64,000 nucleotides of DNA. Source: an uncultured Planctomycetaceae bacterium (GTDB taxonomy: Bacteria; Planctomycetota; Planctomycetia; Isosphaerales; Isosphaeraceae). Both the position numbers and the translations under genes were made by a program. Below the pieces are notes generated by a model, which was not told where the DNA came from, searched no databases, and saw nothing but the letters and a program-made list of their open reading frames with translations. This document shows, piece after piece, positions 1 through 9,269 of this stretch (its first letter is position 1; every line of letters starts with the position of its first letter). The DNA lies in assembly GCA_963833985.1 (NCBI GenBank), contig CAWIAD010000002.1:6272001-6336000 (forward strand). The letters are read 5' to 3'.

Positions 1-419
1 ACCGCCGCGGCACCATCCTGGTGATCGTCCGGCTTGGAGCCATCGACCTGGAGATGCCCATCGGCCCGTCCGGCCCGATGGTGCACGGTTCGGTGATGAG
101 CGCACCGGTGAGCGGCCCGGTGATGAACGGTCCGGCCGCCGGCATGCCCGCGACCACGTCGGCTCCGGTCACCGAGGTACCTCCCGGCAGCCTGCCTCCC
201 GGCGTGACACCGCCGCCCCCCGCGGCCGCGCCCACCGAACCCGTCGACACTGCCACGCCGGCGGCACCGGCGCCGGCACCCGCACCGGCGCCGGCACCCG
301 CACCGGCCGAGGCGCCGGCGGTGGTCCCGCCCAGCACCACGCCGGCCCCGGCACCCCCCGCGCCGGGCCCTCAGCCTGCCCCGCCGGCCCCGGCTGTGAA
401 CCCGGCGCCCGGCGCCTAG
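1..419 (+). CDS. 3' end of a Pro/Ala-rich planctomycete protein, probable paralog of the downstream DUF11-type protein (5'-truncated by window edge)
   Basis: Open frame from the window start. Its IVRLG motif parallels IVRIG in the next ORF, followed by a long PAPAPA tail and TAG at 417-419. Confidence 0.6.
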   Translation, partial: RRGTILVIVRLGAIDLEMPIGPSGPMVHGSVMSAPVSGPVMNGPAAGMPATTSAPVTEVPPGSLPPGVTPPPPAAAPTEPVDTATPAAPAPAPAPAPAPAPAEAPAVVPPSTTPAPAPPAPGPQPAPPAPAVNPAPGA

Positions 420-681
420 CCGACGCGCCGAGCCAGCAGCCAGCGCTCCCGGCATCTCACAGCCCTGCAAACTCATGAACACCCCGGTGGACCGCGTCGC
501 GGACGTGTTCCGCCGGGGTGTTCCACAGCCCGCACTCTTCGCTGGCAATCGCCAGGGAAGGTGGGTGGGAGGAACCCACCCGGCCCGAGCGGATTCCGTC
601 AGGTGGGTTGCGGCCCACTTCAACGAGACCCAGGCAGGACGGCCTGACTTCATCGGGCCCGGAACAGCAGGATCGAACACG

Positions 682-2547
682 ATGAGCCACCACTCTCATA
701 ATCACGGTGCCGGACCGAACGCTCTCGTTCTTCTCCAGCGCGCCTGCGGCTTCGGGCTCTGCTTGCTGGCGGGGTTGCTGCCCGGGCGTACTCTTGCTCA
801 AGACGCCGGCACGGCGGCGAGCGCCGCCCCCCGGTCCGCCACTCCCGTTGCTGCCCGTCGCCAGCCGCCGGTCGTCACGCCCGGCGTGGCGCCGGGCACG
901 GCCGCGCCGGTGCTTGCGCCGGGCACCACGGCAACTGCCGCGGGACCGGTCCTCATCCCCGAAGGCCACGGTCCGGAACGTCCACCCGCGTTCGAGCCGA
1001 ACGTTCAGCTCGTCCGCTTCTTCGGCCCCGCGGGACTGGGTGTCGAGGTCCTGGCGCCGCAGCCGGGAGCCACGCTGGCCGCAAGCACGCCGGGTATCGC
1101 CACCTTCGGCCTGGAGCGCGGCATCGGCTACCGCCTGCGGCTGATGAACATCACCGAGCGGCCCGGCGTGGAGCTGTTTCCGGTGATCGAGGTGGTCGGT
1201 CACCTGCACCGGCCGCGCGAGGTCGACCCGGCGAAGTATCCCATCCGCGTCGTCTTCACGAATGACGAACTCTGGGATGTGGTCGATCGCGGCCGGCTGG
1301 TCACCAAGGTGATCTACCTGGAAGAGCCCGAACTGGCCGCGCCCGTGAAGGTGGCACGCGACGAGGTTCCGGTGGTGACCCTGAACCCCACCGAGGAGCC
1401 GCTGAAAGTGGCCCAGAGGCTGGGCCGGGTGATGGCGATCGTGCGGATCGGCGGCCGCCGTCCGACGGTCGAGGAGATCCACGCCGGCGCGACCGGTGAC
1501 TTCGGTCTGGACGCCGTCGCCGCCATGGGTTCCGGCCACTGCCCCTTCAGCTCCACCAGCGGCGCGGCGTGCCCCCTGCCCCGCGGCCCGGTGTGCGGCA
1601 CCCCCCCGCCCGCGGGCCGTCCCTGGCTGCCGCGCGACGAGTACCTCTGCGACGGCGGCGACACCGGTGAGCCGGCGGGCGTCGGCGCGGGGGGTAACAT
1701 GCGGGGTATCGACCCGCGCGACGCGGTCATGCGGTTCGACGTGGGACTGAACAGCGCCTCGCAGCCCCGCGTGCTGCCCACCAACCGGGTCTGCGTCTAC
1801 GCCCCGCGCTTCGCCGAGGTCCACGTCAGCACCGGCACGAACCAGGCAATCGAGGTCCACGGGGCGAACCTGAACCGGCGGACCGAGTCGTTCGAGCTGG
1901 CCGAGAGCCGCATGTACGCCCGCAGGCTGGTCCAGAACCAGTCTCCCGAGCTGACGCGCGTCAGACGCAGGGCCCAGGGATTTGCCGCCCGGGTCGTGGC
2001 GGGCGAGGACTCAAACACCCGCAACCTCGACATGTACCACAACGTCCAGCAGGTCAAGGTGGACTCGCAGCGCCAGGACGTGCAGCTCACCCGCACCCGC
2101 ACCAAGGCCATGCTCGCCCGCGACAGGATCCGCCTCGACGGCATCAAGAGCGTGGAGTCGACGGTGATGACGGGCAAGGTGGAGGGGCCCGCGCAGGAGG
2201 TCATGTCCTGGCAGCCGCACGAGATGAACGGCGTGGAGACGCCCCCGAAGCGTCCTGGCGTGGCCATCATCAAGCGCGTCAGCGTTCTGGAGGCAAAGCC
2301 CGGCGACACGGTCACCTTCACCATCACCTACCGCAACATGGGCAACACGCCGATCCACTCCGCCCAGATCGTGGACAGCCTGCTCCCCCGGCTCGAGTAC
2401 GTGCGCGGCTCCGCCCGCGGCCCGCATGGAACGAGCTTCACCGCCGAGGAGAACCGCGCCAGCTCCGAGGAGCTGAAGTGGGTGCTTCCCGGTGTCATCC
2501 CCCCCGGCGGCTCGGGCTCGGTCTCGTTCCAGGCCGTGGTGCGGTGA
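682..2547 (+). CDS. Secreted DUF11 (conserved repeat) domain protein
   Basis: Signal-peptide-like segment after ATG 682. C-terminal AIIKRVS..AKPGDTVTFTITYRNMG..IVDSLLPRLEYVRGS is DUF11-like. Start uncertain (ORF is open from 475). Confidence 0.75.
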   Translation: MSHHSHNHGAGPNALVLLQRACGFGLCLLAGLLPGRTLAQDAGTAASAAPRSATPVAARRQPPVVTPGVAPGTAAPVLAPGTTATAAGPVLIPEGHGPERPPAFEPNVQLVRFFGPAGLGVEVLAPQPGATLAASTPGIATFGLERGIGYRLRLMNITERPGVELFPVIEVVGHLHRPREVDPAKYPIRVVFTNDELWDVVDRGRLVTKVIYLEEPELAAPVKVARDEVPVVTLNPTEEPLKVAQRLGRVMAIVRIGGRRPTVEEIHAGATGDFGLDAVAAMGSGHCPFSSTSGAACPLPRGPVCGTPPPAGRPWLPRDEYLCDGGDTGEPAGVGAGGNMRGIDPRDAVMRFDVGLNSASQPRVLPTNRVCVYAPRFAEVHVSTGTNQAIEVHGANLNRRTESFELAESRMYARRLVQNQSPELTRVRRRAQGFAARVVAGEDSNTRNLDMYHNVQQVKVDSQRQDVQLTRTRTKAMLARDRIRLDGIKSVESTVMTGKVEGPAQEVMSWQPHEMNGVETPPKRPGVAIIKRVSVLEAKPGDTVTFTITYRNMGNTPIHSAQIVDSLLPRLEYVRGSARGPHGTSFTAEENRASSEELKWVLPGVIPPGGSGSVSFQAVVR

Positions 2548-2569
2548 GAGAAGGTCGGCAGAGGTTGAA

Positions 2570-2881
2570 CACCTGGCAGCCAGGAATGTCTGCCCCCCGA
2601 CCACTCTTGCTTCTTATGACACTCAGTCCAGCCTGTCCTGCTTGACACAAGGATCTGGGGGGTCTGGGGGACAGGCATTCCTGCCTGTCCTTCCTACCAG
2701 AGCACAGAGCAGTTGCCTGGGACTCTGCGGTGTCGGCATTGAGTGTGCACCTGGCAGCCAGGAATGTCTGCCCCCCGACGTCTTTACCTCGCAAGATCCG
2801 GCACTGGGCAGCCAGGAATGTCTGCCCTTCCGGCCCTCACTCCGCTGCAAGATCTGGGGGACAGGCATTCCTGCCTGTCCT
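2570..2881. repeat. Cluster of five REP-like palindromic units in both orientations
   Basis: Identical 32-mer CACCTGGCAGCCAGGAATGTCTGCCCCCCGAC at 2570-2601 and 2748-2779, with a partial copy at 2806-2827. TCTGGGGGACAGGCATTCCTGCCTGTCCT at 2663-2691 and 2853-2881. Confidence 0.85.
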
Positions 2882-3264
2882 CTTGAATGCAGCCTGTCCT
2901 CAATCCCACCTGGCCCGTCACGGATGACTCCTGTTGCAAGAACACATCCCGGCCCGGAATTCTTGTTTGGACTTGCACGATTCACTCAAGCCTGTCTGGA
3001 TTGCCACCAACGGCCTCTCTACGACCAGGATTTGCCCGGTTCATGCGGCAGGCCCTGATGAGAGTCAGGGAATTCCGTAAGTTGACAACTGGCAAGAAAC
3101 CAGGGGAGTAGACTTCTCGTGATGGACCGGAAGAGATACCTGCCGCGCGTCGGCCGTACTCGGGACTCGCGGTGCGGTACAACGTCGATCATGCCATGGA
3201 CCAAAGATGCCCAGCTGGCGACCACCATGCCTTACTCCACTCTGATACTCTGATTGCGAAGATC

Positions 3265-3978
3265 ATGAGCGAGCACGGCCGATCCCCCTGGATGAGTCAA
3301 CTCTTCGCTGCGAAGTCGGCCACACCGGAGAAATCCGAGCGCCGGCAGTGGGTGCGTTTCGTCTTTCCCAACCTGATCACCAGGCTGTCCTGGTCCAGAG
3401 GAACTGAGACGGTCACGCACCTGGTCACTCTGGTCAATGTGAGTGCGGGTGGAGTGGCGGTGACGGTCGACGTGAAGCCTCCTACAGACCGGCCGTGCAT
3501 GATCTTTTTCGAGAATGAGGGCGTCTCCTCGGGGCCGATTCCGGTAAACCTCATCGCCGTGGTGCCCTCGGATTCAGGAAGGTACCTGGCCAGATTCTCG
3601 TTCGAGCACGCCGAGGCCACGCGAGAATTCATCCCACGCCAGAAGGAGCGGCGCGCCTGGCAGAGGGTCATCCCCCGCGAGCGCCGGGCCCGTCTCGCGT
3701 GGCAGGCTGACGACGTGACTGTCTCGGTGTCCGGCGAGATGCTGAACATCGGCGGTGGAGGTGCGGCTGTCAAGATCGATGTCACTCCGCCCTGGAATGA
3801 GTCCATCTGGCTTTCGCTCGGACCTCCTGACCGGGAAGTCGGCCCCGCCGAATGCCGATTGGTCGGACTTCTCCATGATCACCGGAGCAGGATCATCTGC
3901 CGCCTTGCTTTTGTCGATCTCTGCCCCATGCAGCTGTATCAAGCCGCCGTCGAGATATCGACATCGACATCGACATAG
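3265..3978 (+). CDS. Tandem PilZ domain protein (putative c-di-GMP receptor)
   Basis: Two RxxxR motifs (ERRQWVR, ERRAWQR), each followed by an NxSxGG-like motif (NVSAGG, NIGGGG). Start uncertain (3172-3292). Confidence 0.75.
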   Translation: MSEHGRSPWMSQLFAAKSATPEKSERRQWVRFVFPNLITRLSWSRGTETVTHLVTLVNVSAGGVAVTVDVKPPTDRPCMIFFENEGVSSGPIPVNLIAVVPSDSGRYLARFSFEHAEATREFIPRQKERRAWQRVIPRERRARLAWQADDVTVSVSGEMLNIGGGGAAVKIDVTPPWNESIWLSLGPPDREVGPAECRLVGLLHDHRSRIICRLAFVDLCPMQLYQAAVEISTSTST

Positions 3979-4204
3979 CCTGGCCGTCCGAGCTCAAAGC
4001 ATGGAGCGTGCGGTGCTCGGAATGACCGGCCCGGCGTCCGGCAAGCTCGCCGGTATGATGTTGCGTCACGGCGACCCGTCGCGCACGACCTCGGCCATCG
4101 GTCCACTCGAACAGGGAGCGTCAGGCTCGGCCCTGGCCCTGGGTTGGCGACAGGCGATACAGCGGTGGAGCAACCGGACGCGACGGCAGCCTGGAGGCGA
4201 GCCA

Positions 4205-4783
4205 CTACCGGCCCTGTTTCGTCGCCGCGGCATCGAGCCGCTGGTAATGCGACCAGGCGATATGGGTCTCGCGCTCGCCGGCCGCGCGGCTGATCACCAG
4301 CGTGGTCGACGACTGCCGCCGGTTGACCACGAAGACGCGGAGAGCGAGGGAACGTCCCCGTGAATCGTCCTGTGCTGTGACCGATTGCCCCTGGACCCTG
4401 TTCGCCTCACCCTTGCCCGCCACCGGTTCCCGCGTCTCGTGTGCCGCCAGCTTCTCGGTGTAATACTTGATCACCTTCTCGACCGGGTCGGGTGTGGAAA
4501 GGATCGCGGCGCACTTGACGGATTGTTGCAGCGGATTGCCGCCGTCGCTCATCGTTGCGCCGTCCGGCATGCTCGCTCCGGGATAGCTCCACTCCGCGAG
4601 CGTCCCCATGAGCGTCATGTTCGCTGGCCTTTCCACCTGCGCCCGGCCCGGATGCGGGACGACCAGCGGCAGGGCCGTTGCGGTGGCCAGGCCGAGGACC
4701 AGAAGCGTGATCCGCGGGGTTCTGAAAGGGATCGAGGAAAAGTGCATCGCTGTCTCTCCGATCGGTTGCCCGTGGCGCGTCAT
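4205..4783 (-). CDS. Hypothetical exported protein
   Basis: 192-aa ORF with a hydrophobic signal-like N-terminus and non-shadow composition. Confidence 0.65.
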   Translation of the reverse strand: MTRHGQPIGETAMHFSSIPFRTPRITLLVLGLATATALPLVVPHPGRAQVERPANMTLMGTLAEWSYPGASMPDGATMSDGGNPLQQSVKCAAILSTPDPVEKVIKYYTEKLAAHETREPVAGKGEANRVQGQSVTAQDDSRGRSLALRVFVVNRRQSSTTLVISRAAGERETHIAWSHYQRLDAAATKQGR

Positions 4784-5025
4784 GTCGAAAGCATCGTGAC
4801 AGGTGCAGGATCGCCTAGACTAAAGAACCTGTCACTGTGCCTCTCTCTCGATCCTACGTGTAAGGTGCCATATCCTTAGAGCGGTTTTCACTCGGTTCAC
4901 GGAGTGCCCCCCCTTTTCAACACTCAGAAACCGCATGCAACCCGTCAGAAAACCGCCCGGGAGAATATTTGAAGCAAGATCCGTCGGCTCGTCCCTTCCG
5001 GAGCACCGTCGGAGGGCACCTCCGC

Positions 5026-5055
5026 TTGACCGCCACGCGGGCGAAAGACTATGAT
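5026..5055 (+). promoter_or_regulatory. Putative sigma70 promoter
   Basis: TTGACC-N18-TATGAT about 70 bp upstream of the TPR gene start. Confidence 0.5.
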
Positions 5056-5126
5056 CACCGAAGACTTACGTATCGAGGGTCAGTCCGGCTGCGCGCTCTG
5101 CGTTGGGCCGGTGCGAGGCAACCAGG

Positions 5127-6173
5127 ATGAAGAAGGAACCCGCGCGTAGCCCATCTCCGGCGCCCGTTTCGCCACGGCCATCGGCGACGAAGCACCAGTT
5201 CGAGCACCAGGTCCCCACGCACATCCATGATCCCGAAGAGGACATGATGCTGCTGGCGCGCTGGACTCACCGCGCGATGCAGAACCCGGTGAAGTTCTGG
5301 GGAGCGATTGCGGCGGTGGTCGCCGTCATGCTGGGGGTGGCCGTGCTGAGCAACGTGATGGGGACCGGCTCTTCCGCCAACGCCGAGGTCTGGAGCAAGC
5401 TGGAGGCCGTGAAGTCGCCGGCCGATCGCGTGCAGGTTGCCGAGGAGTATCCCGGCACGACCGCCGCGATGTGGGCGCGGCTGGAGGCCGCGACGGAGTA
5501 CTACAACCAGGGGTTCGCGGACCTGCCCAACAACCGCGACGTGGCCCTGCCGAACCTTCAAAAGGCGATCGCCAACTTTGACGAGGTGTTCAAGAACGCC
5601 CCCAAGGACTCGCCCCAGGCGCGGGCCGCGGCGCTGGGCAAGGCACGGGCGCTCGAGGCGAGAAACGAGCTTTCCAAGGCCATCGAGCAGTACGAGGTGG
5701 TTGCCAAAACTTACGCGGGCACGAGCGAGGCCGAGCAAGCCAGGAAGCTGGCCGACGCACTCAAGCGGCCGGAGGCGGCCTCATTTTACAAGAGCCTTTA
5801 CGCCTATTCGCCCAGCAAGGTGACGCTGCCTCCGCTGGGCACCCAGAATCTCGACATGCCTCTTCTGCCGTCGCCTGGCGCCACGAAGGCCGGCGGACTG
5901 CCGTTTGAAGACCCTTCCGGCGGTCTGCTGCCGTCGATGCCGCTCCTGCCCCCGCCCCCGCCGTCGCCTCTCTCGAAGGGCGCTGCGGCGCCGGCGAAGG
6001 CCGCGGATGCGGGCAAGAGTGCACCGGCTGCCGCGTCCGGGCCGTCACCCGCCGGCCTGCCGGAGAACCCGTTCATCTCCATTCCAGCGGCCCCCGCGGC
6101 CAGCCCGAGTGCTGCCAAGAAGGCCGAGTCGAAGTCGGATTCCGCGGCCCCGAAGACCAACGTACCAAAGTGA
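5127..6173 (+). CDS. Membrane-anchored tetratricopeptide-repeat protein (YfgM-like) with Pro/Ala-rich tail
   Basis: Single TM helix (FWGAIAAVVAVMLGVAVL), TPR-like helices (A..LGKARALEA..AIEQYE) and a low-complexity C-terminus. Confidence 0.7.
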   Translation: MKKEPARSPSPAPVSPRPSATKHQFEHQVPTHIHDPEEDMMLLARWTHRAMQNPVKFWGAIAAVVAVMLGVAVLSNVMGTGSSANAEVWSKLEAVKSPADRVQVAEEYPGTTAAMWARLEAATEYYNQGFADLPNNRDVALPNLQKAIANFDEVFKNAPKDSPQARAAALGKARALEARNELSKAIEQYEVVAKTYAGTSEAEQARKLADALKRPEAASFYKSLYAYSPSKVTLPPLGTQNLDMPLLPSPGATKAGGLPFEDPSGGLLPSMPLLPPPPPSPLSKGAAAPAKAADAGKSAPAAASGPSPAGLPENPFISIPAAPAASPSAAKKAESKSDSAAPKTNVPK

Positions 6174-6210
6174 CGACCCGCACCGCGCAGCCTTGCAAGA
6201 CCATGAATCC

Positions 6211-7242
6211 ATGTGGCCGCCACCGCTGTCGGAAACACCCCAGGAATTCGAAGTGCGGCCGCGCACCGACGGCAGGCGGATCGATGCGTACCTCGCCGGC
6301 CGCTACTCCGACTATTCCCGGAGCGTGATCCAGCGGGTCATTGACGCCGAGGCCGTGCATGTCAACGGCCGGCCCGTGAAGGCGTCGTACAAGATCCGCG
6401 TGGGCGACGTGATCCGCGTCTGGCTGCCCGAACTGCCGGACATGACTCCGGTGGCCGAAGACATCCCCATCGACGTCGTGTACGAGGACGAGACCCTCAC
6501 CGTCGTGAACAAACCGCCGGGCATGGTCACCCACCCGGCGAAGGGGAACTGGCAGGGGACGCTCGTCAACGCGCTTCAGTTTCACTATGACACGCTCTCG
6601 ACCCTGGCCGGCGCGAGCCGACCCGGGATCGTGCACCGGCTCGACCGCGACACCACCGGGCTTCTGGTCGTGGTCAAGAACGACCTGGCCCACCGCCGGC
6701 TGGCCCTCCAGTTCGAGCACCGCGAGGTGCACAAGGAGTACCTCGCCCTGGTCTACGGCGTGCCGGAGCGCGACAGCGATTACATCGAACGGCCGATCGG
6801 CTTTCACCCGCTGGTGCGCGAGAAGATGGCGATCCGCACGCTCGAAGATGGAGGCAAGCCGGCAGTGACCTACTACGAGGTGGCCGAGCGGTTCCGGGGA
6901 TTCGCCCTGGTGCGCTGCATGCCGCAGACCGGCCGTACGCACCAGATTCGCGTGCACCTGGCCCATATCGGCCACCCGATCGTGGCCGACAAGGCGTATT
7001 CGGGCCGCAGCCGGCTGGTGCTGGGTGATCTGCGGGCCGCCACGCAGGCTGTGGTTCCCGCCCTGGCTTCCGAAGCGGCCGCCAGCGATCCGGACACGCT
7101 GCTGATCGACCGGCAGGCCCTGCACGCTCACTCATTACGCTTCGCCCACCCCGCGACCGGCCAGCCACTGCATCTCTCCGCACCGCTGCCGGCCGACATG
7201 ACTCGGGCGCTTGAAGCCTTGCGGATCTATTGCCGCAATTGA
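6211..7242 (+). CDS. rluD: RluA/RluD family pseudouridine synthase with S4 domain
   Basis: S4 domain (RIDAYLA..SRS), then VNKPPGMVTHP, HRLDRDTTG, TGRTHQIRVH and RQALHA motifs. Confidence 0.9.
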   Translation: MWPPPLSETPQEFEVRPRTDGRRIDAYLAGRYSDYSRSVIQRVIDAEAVHVNGRPVKASYKIRVGDVIRVWLPELPDMTPVAEDIPIDVVYEDETLTVVNKPPGMVTHPAKGNWQGTLVNALQFHYDTLSTLAGASRPGIVHRLDRDTTGLLVVVKNDLAHRRLALQFEHREVHKEYLALVYGVPERDSDYIERPIGFHPLVREKMAIRTLEDGGKPAVTYYEVAERFRGFALVRCMPQTGRTHQIRVHLAHIGHPIVADKAYSGRSRLVLGDLRAATQAVVPALASEAAASDPDTLLIDRQALHAHSLRFAHPATGQPLHLSAPLPADMTRALEALRIYCRN

Positions 7243-7405
7243 GTGTTCACTCAATTGTATGCGATATCGCTCAAGTCTCGTCCGCTGGTGCTGGCCAGAA
7301 CTGACCACCTGAACACCAGTTGGCAGCCGGAACCATTCACCTGGCAGTTTACAGCCACCTATTCATTGAAAATCCTCACTTTTCGGGCGCTGGCCGCCTT
7401 TTCCC

Positions 7406-7434
7406 TTGACCTATCCAAAAGTTCATACTACATT
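7406..7434 (+). promoter_or_regulatory. Putative sigma70 promoter of the Y-family polymerase gene
   Basis: TTGACC (7406-7411), 17-nt spacer, TACATT (7429-7434). The ATG at 7442 lies at about the expected +1. Confidence 0.5.
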
Positions 7435-7441
7435 TCCGTAC

Positions 7442-8683
7442 ATGATGGCCCAGGCATGTTCCATGGCGGTTGGTCATCTCGACGCTGACTGTTTTTACGT
7501 GTCGGCGGAGCGGGTGCGCGACGGATTCTTGCGGGGCAAGCCGGTGGGGGTGCTGGGGAACCAGGGGGCATGCGTTATTGCCAAGAGCTACGAGATGAAG
7601 GCGGCCGGGGTGAAGACGGGCGAGCCAATCTGGGAGGCGCTGGCGAAATGTCCCGAGGGGATTTACGTCAAGCGCGATTTCCGGTGGTACGAGGTCCTGA
7701 GCCGGCGGATGCTGGACGTGGTGCGCGAGCTGTCGCCACGGGTCGAGTATTACTCGATCGACGAGTTCTTCTTCCAGGCGGCGCCGGGGCCGGGCCAGAC
7801 GCTCCAGGCGCTGGCGCTGGCGATCCGCGATCGGATCTGGGAGCGGATTCGCGTGCCGGTGACGGTGGGCATCGCCCGCACGCGGACCCTGGCCAAGCTG
7901 ATCTCGGACGCGGCCAAGCCGTTCGGAGCCCTGGCGGTGACCGCACGGCCGGCCGAGGAAACGCTCCTGGCCGGCCGGCCGGTGACCGAGATCACCGGCA
8001 TCGCGGGCCGGCGCGCCGCCCGGCTGGCTCCCTGGGGCATCACCACCTGCCTGGACCTGGCGCGCGCCGACCGGCGGCAGGTCCGCTCGCTCTTGACCGC
8101 GACGGGCGAGGCGCTCTGGTGGAGGCTCAACGGCGATCCGGTGCAGCCCATCCACATCCGCCGGCCCGCGCACAAGGTGCTCTCACGCGGGGGCAGCTTC
8201 GGCGAGGCGACCGCCCGGCCGGTGGTCCTCTACGCCTGGCTGGTCCGCAACCTCGAGCGGCTCATCGAGGAGCTACGGTTCCACGGCGTGGCCACCGGCA
8301 AGCTGACCGTGGCGCTACAGTACAAGACGGGCCATACCGGCGTGGGCCAGCGGGCGCTGCCGGTTCCCAGCGACCGGTTCGACCTCTTGCTCGAGGCGGC
8401 CCGCCCGTCGCTGCGCAAGGCGTGGCTGCCCGGCGTCCAGGCCAGCCATATGCACCTCATCGCCGAGGACCTTTCCCCGCGCGGACAGCACGCGCTGGAC
8501 CTTTTCGACCCGCCCCGACAGCGGGCCCGGGCCGAGGCCGTGGCCCAGCTCAAGGAGCAAATCAACGACCGCCATGGCCGGTTCGCCCTCCGCAGCGCCG
8601 CCACGCTTCACCTGCCCGCCATCTATCGAGATGTGGCCAATGCGTATGATATTTGTGATATTCGTGGGAAGATATGTTTTTAG
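7442..8683 (+). CDS. Y-family (UmuC/DinB-like) error-prone DNA polymerase
   Basis: HLDADCFYVS, AKSYE.KA.GV, YSIDEFF, VGIA.TRTLAK and HhH GIAGR motifs, with catalytic acidic residues intact. Start at 7442 or 7463. Confidence 0.9.
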   Translation: MMAQACSMAVGHLDADCFYVSAERVRDGFLRGKPVGVLGNQGACVIAKSYEMKAAGVKTGEPIWEALAKCPEGIYVKRDFRWYEVLSRRMLDVVRELSPRVEYYSIDEFFFQAAPGPGQTLQALALAIRDRIWERIRVPVTVGIARTRTLAKLISDAAKPFGALAVTARPAEETLLAGRPVTEITGIAGRRAARLAPWGITTCLDLARADRRQVRSLLTATGEALWWRLNGDPVQPIHIRRPAHKVLSRGGSFGEATARPVVLYAWLVRNLERLIEELRFHGVATGKLTVALQYKTGHTGVGQRALPVPSDRFDLLLEAARPSLRKAWLPGVQASHMHLIAEDLSPRGQHALDLFDPPRQRARAEAVAQLKEQINDRHGRFALRSAATLHLPAIYRDVANAYDICDIRGKICF

Positions 8684-8705
8684 TGGGAAGTACTGCCTAC
8701 TACCC

Positions 8706-9173
8706 ATGTGCGCCGGAATTGCCCTGGCACGGAGCGAGCTGCCCACGGAGCTGATTGCACGGCACGGGCTTGATCGCCGCACCCATGAGCGTGGAGGCGA
8801 GCGCGAGGTCCGGTTCTTCTATCGCGACCGCCGGCCCCGGCTGCCGATCTGGCGCGACGGCCGGCTCCAGGTGGTGCGCTGGGGCAATGCACAAGGTCAG
8901 AGCCGGTTCCTGCCCGCCACCGGCTGGACCTGGCAGTCGACCATCGAGGAGGGATACTGGCGCAACCTGGAGGCCGTGTTCGTGGACATCCCCGCCTCGC
9001 TCGGCTTCGAGAGCGGAGTCTGGTTCCGCATTCGCCAGGGAATCCGCGGCCTGCTCGTGGCCGATGAAGAAGGCGCGGCCATCGTGTACATGATCTGCGA
9101 GCCGGCCAGCCACTATTACCAGATCATGACCCGCTCCACCCGCATGCCCGTCCTGATCGAGGAGCGGATCTGA
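8706..9173 (+). CDS. Divergent SRAP (YedK/HMCES-like) protein, inferred
   Basis: Begins Met-Cys and contains RWG, IPASLGFE and C-terminal RMPVLI, echoing SRAP motifs. Lies 22 bp after the polymerase gene. Confidence 0.55.
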   Translation: MCAGIALARSELPTELIARHGLDRRTHERGGEREVRFFYRDRRPRLPIWRDGRLQVVRWGNAQGQSRFLPATGWTWQSTIEEGYWRNLEAVFVDIPASLGFESGVWFRIRQGIRGLLVADEEGAAIVYMICEPASHYYQIMTRSTRMPVLIEERI

Positions 9174-9269
9174 GACCGAGCAAGATCGCGCGGGGTCTCC
9201 GCCACGAAACGCCCTCCGGTTATGATGAGAGACGCTGTCGCAGACAGGTCATGTGATCCGGAGCCGGCC

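Noticed and set aside
2570..2881. Possible CRISPR array
   Set aside because: Units occur in both orientations with irregular spacing and no cas genes are nearby. REP-like is a better fit.
3082..3114. TTGACA...TAGACT promoter upstream of the PilZ gene
   Set aside because: The spacer is 21 nt, too long for a sigma70 promoter.
3957..3976. (ATCGAC)3 microsatellite at the PilZ gene end
   Set aside because: Short, in-frame Ser-Thr tail with no sign of phase variation.
5905..6210. N-terminal extension of RluD in the ORF track
   Set aside because: It overlaps the TPR gene in another frame and is Arg/Pro-rich noise. Homology begins after about 6211.
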